From positions 13,936 through 77,935 of the forward strand of contig ADNK01002063.1 of the NCBI GenBank assembly GCA_000320545.1: 64,000 bases of DNA. Reading direction: 5' to 3'. The notes under the pieces were generated by a model, which had not been told where the DNA came from, ran no database searches, and saw only the letters and a program-made list of their open reading frames with translations. Source of the DNA: Bigelowiella natans CCMP2755 (Eukaryota > Protista > Cercozoa). Positions 61,287 to 64,000 of this stretch are shown here, in pieces (position 1 is the first letter of the stretch; the number at the start of each line of letters is the position of its first letter). The position numbers were made by a program, and so were the translations under genes.

Positions 61287-61839
61287 GTGCGTGTGTGCGT
61301 GTCGATGTGTGCATCGATTCACGATTTGTCAATTTCTGTACAGCATGCAATATGTGCTGGGGAGCATTCGGGGGACAGAGGGCCGGTGGCCTATCAGGAC
61401 CTAAAGGCGACAGCATTTGCGTTCAATCGATGGATGGCCAAATCTACGTTCTGGAGCAGGTGTTTGCTTTGAATTATGCGAGGCGATTTTCACTTCCTTC
61501 GGCGAGGCGAGGGAAGAGGGGGGGGGAGGGGGGGGGTATTGTTATTCTAACACAGAGAAATAGCAGCTTCTGTTTTGATTTGAAGTAAAGTTGTTATGTT
61601 ACCGTTTATTTATGTACAGAGATCCAATTACGAATCACTTAGAATCGATGTTCAAAGCCTATTTTTGTAGTCATACGATATCATCTCACAGAATTGTAAA
61701 TGCCCTCCCCCCCTCCTCCTCCCCTCAGGAAACGTTCGCATTTGCCAGATATCTGAACAATTTCTTGCTTCCCGGGCCTCTAGCCTATATGAAAGAGGTG
61801 GTGTTCTTGAGTTGTTTTCAAGAGGCGAATTGACAATCA

Positions 61840-61870
<31 letters not shown>

Positions 61871-63375
61871 TTTTGGTGTGTATTTGTTACGCTGCTGCTG
61901 CTTTCCCCCCAGATCGATAGCATAGTCACGGTTAATTCCCAGATGCAAGTAGAGTGCTACAGGTTTGCCTTCTTTCATAGACGTCACCAGCATTAAATCC
62001 TCCCAACGCCGCCACCTCTGCGAGATCTTGAGCACACCAACATCTCCCCCCTTCTGTTTGAATGATCAGATACCGCACTCTGGGAACGACGATGGCCGGG
62101 CGAGAGAAGAGCCATGCTGGGGAGAAGGATGGAGAAACTATTCTCGAGGATGTACGAAACATGCATGTCTTGTCAATGAATATGCGACAACTTCCCTCTA
62201 GTGATGATGATGATGATGATGTTGATCAAAATGAGATCTTCAAAAAATACAACTTCAATGTAAGTAGAGACGTGGGTTGTTACCCCCTCCCCCCCCCCCC
62301 CTGTTCCTACCAGGGACCTGGACGCATCGGAGGCAGCCGCGGCAACGACGGGGATAAGGACAGAATAGGCCTCAAGTCTTCCAGAAGCAAGATTCGGACT
62401 GTCTGGAATTACGATTTGGGGTGAGGAATGCCTCCTCATGAAGAGGGAGGCAAGCATAGTAGTAGTAGGAGGAGGAGGAGGAGGAGAAGAAGAAGTGGAA
62501 AGACGACCAGCGATTTTAACAATTTTTAAGTGAAAAGAAAAATGTCACTGCAAGAGGCCAGCTTGGAAGCTCGAAGGCGCCAGTAGAGTGGTGCTAATTG
62601 AGTTTTCTTGGGGGGGGGGGGAATAGACTTTCTGCGATTATGATCCAACGCGCGGCGCACTCACTGAGAAGGGCCTTCCAAATGCTTGTTTGCCTCCTTC
62701 AACGAAATCAGGGAACACAGCGTTGGCCTTGGCATCTTAAGGATGAGTAAGATTCATAAAACGACTGGCGCCTCTTCCTCAGAAGGTGATGAGTCTGGAA
62801 GGGAGATCACCGTCCTTGGAGAGCACACCATTTTTAGCCTCTCTCAGCAGGGCAAGATGCGCTTTCAAAGGCGATTGGGGTGAGGCTCAAATCGTGTTCG
62901 CATTGGGTCTTGTCAATGAATGATAGCTTTTCTCTTTTGCTTTTGTCCTCCTCCTCCTCCTCCTCTTCCTCCTACTTTTTATTCTTCTACTGCTGGCAGA
63001 TACGTGCCAGCATGCTTCACATGGTTCCCAGCAGGGGGGGGGAAGAGTCTCGATGGGGATGGCAAGGAACGAGCCCAAAAGGTGCGCTGCTGATATTGGA
63101 GAAGACGGAGCGTGGGAGGGGGGGGGATGGGATAATTCGCTATTTCTTTCATTTGAAGAAAAATGCGGATTTTTGCCACGAGCATTGACAGTATTCCGAT
63201 ATCAATCCCTCCCCCCTCTCCGCCCCTCGTTCTGTGTTTTGTGTGTCTACCTTTGATACGACGATGCAGGAGCATCTTGCGGTAGCGACGGCGAGCCGCA
63301 CCGTGATGGTCTACGATGAAGAAAAGCTCTTATGGTGTGTGTCGCGCCATTGAATACGACTACAATTTCATAATC

Positions 63376-63407
<32 letters not shown>

Positions 63408-63435
63408 ACAGCTGTATTATTGATGTAATTATATA

Positions 63436-63508
<73 letters not shown>

Positions 63509-64000
63509 CATATTTAAAAATCCAACAAACCGCACACAACGCCTGCATGTAACAATTTGGTCATAATTGCCTCCTCCATCCCCCTCCCCCCCCCCCTTCC
63601 CTTCCTTTTCCACAGGGCAGCACAAACCCCTTTGGTTCCAGTTGACATAAAAGTTGGAACGTTGGGAGGGGTAATCATGACTGAACCCCCAAGGGGGGGG
63701 GGGGGGGAGAAGGAGGAGATCATGTTTTTAGAAACATGAATTCCTTATAAAGAAAAAGCACCTCACCATCATCATCAACAACATCTTTTTATTACCTCTA
63801 TTCCTCCTCCTCCTCCTCCTCCTTCAATAGATTCGTGGAATGATGGTGATGATGAGCGAGGAGGGGCAAATAGCCATCACTTACCTTGGAACAGAGCCAA
63901 TATCACAAATAGCAAGGGTATTGTTTATGCTGCCAAAGCATTTTATAATACTAATCATATACATATAGCTATCGTATATTATATTATATATATATATATA
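60318..64000 (+). CDS. BBS9: BBSome core subunit PTHB1/BBS9, 5' part; runs off the window
   Basis: MSLFQCREWW...ECDQ|GCLLVSDIDN; GILRIFAP; PILQIAAGQF; LAVLHPRRLVVY; ACNMCWGAFGG; ICVQSMDG; FLLPGPLAY. Confidence 0.95.

Noticed and set aside
1-64000. tRNA, rRNA or snRNA genes; intact transposase or reverse transcriptase; a gene encoding the putative mutator enzyme
   Set aside because: None recognised by eye. No deaminase (HxE..PCxxC) or DNA methyltransferase motif was seen, so the enzyme, if real, is probably encoded elsewhere.

Overview
Intron-rich eukaryotic (protist) nuclear DNA, about 45-50% GC by eye, with GT-AG introns often full of (TA)n, (TG)n, (CAT)n and (GA)n microsatellites. A ciliated microbial eukaryote is implied by BBS9; a chlorarachniophyte-like source is only a guess. 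About 19 spliced genes were read by hand: DHHC palmitoyltransferase, mitochondrial citrate synthase, GT23/FUT8-like fucosyltransferase, UHM/RRM RS-rich protein, SETD3, 2H phosphoesterase, ependymin-like secreted protein, DOT1-like methyltransferase, RAD9 (9-1-1 clamp), GT4 glycosyltransferase, UPF0658 membrane protein, a repeat/HEXXH-peptidase/EF-hand protein, a tyrosine-kinase/ankyrin gene, a PH-domain protein, BBS9 and a few hypotheticals. The most striking signal is non-coding. Many intergenic spacers (about 11, but not the short divergent-promoter gaps), and the transposon remnants in them, are stripped of the dinucleotide TpA (860 bp with none at 10119-10978) and enriched in TpG/CpA, while CpG survives. 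The surviving TAs are mostly CTAG, and genes and introns next door keep pristine (TA)n tracts. Paired repeat copies differ by TA/TG/CA swaps. I infer a repeat- or intergenic-targeted A-to-G (TpA to TpG/CpA) hypermutation system, a mirror image of fungal RIP. Exon boundaries and dinucleotide counts are manual and should be verified computationally.
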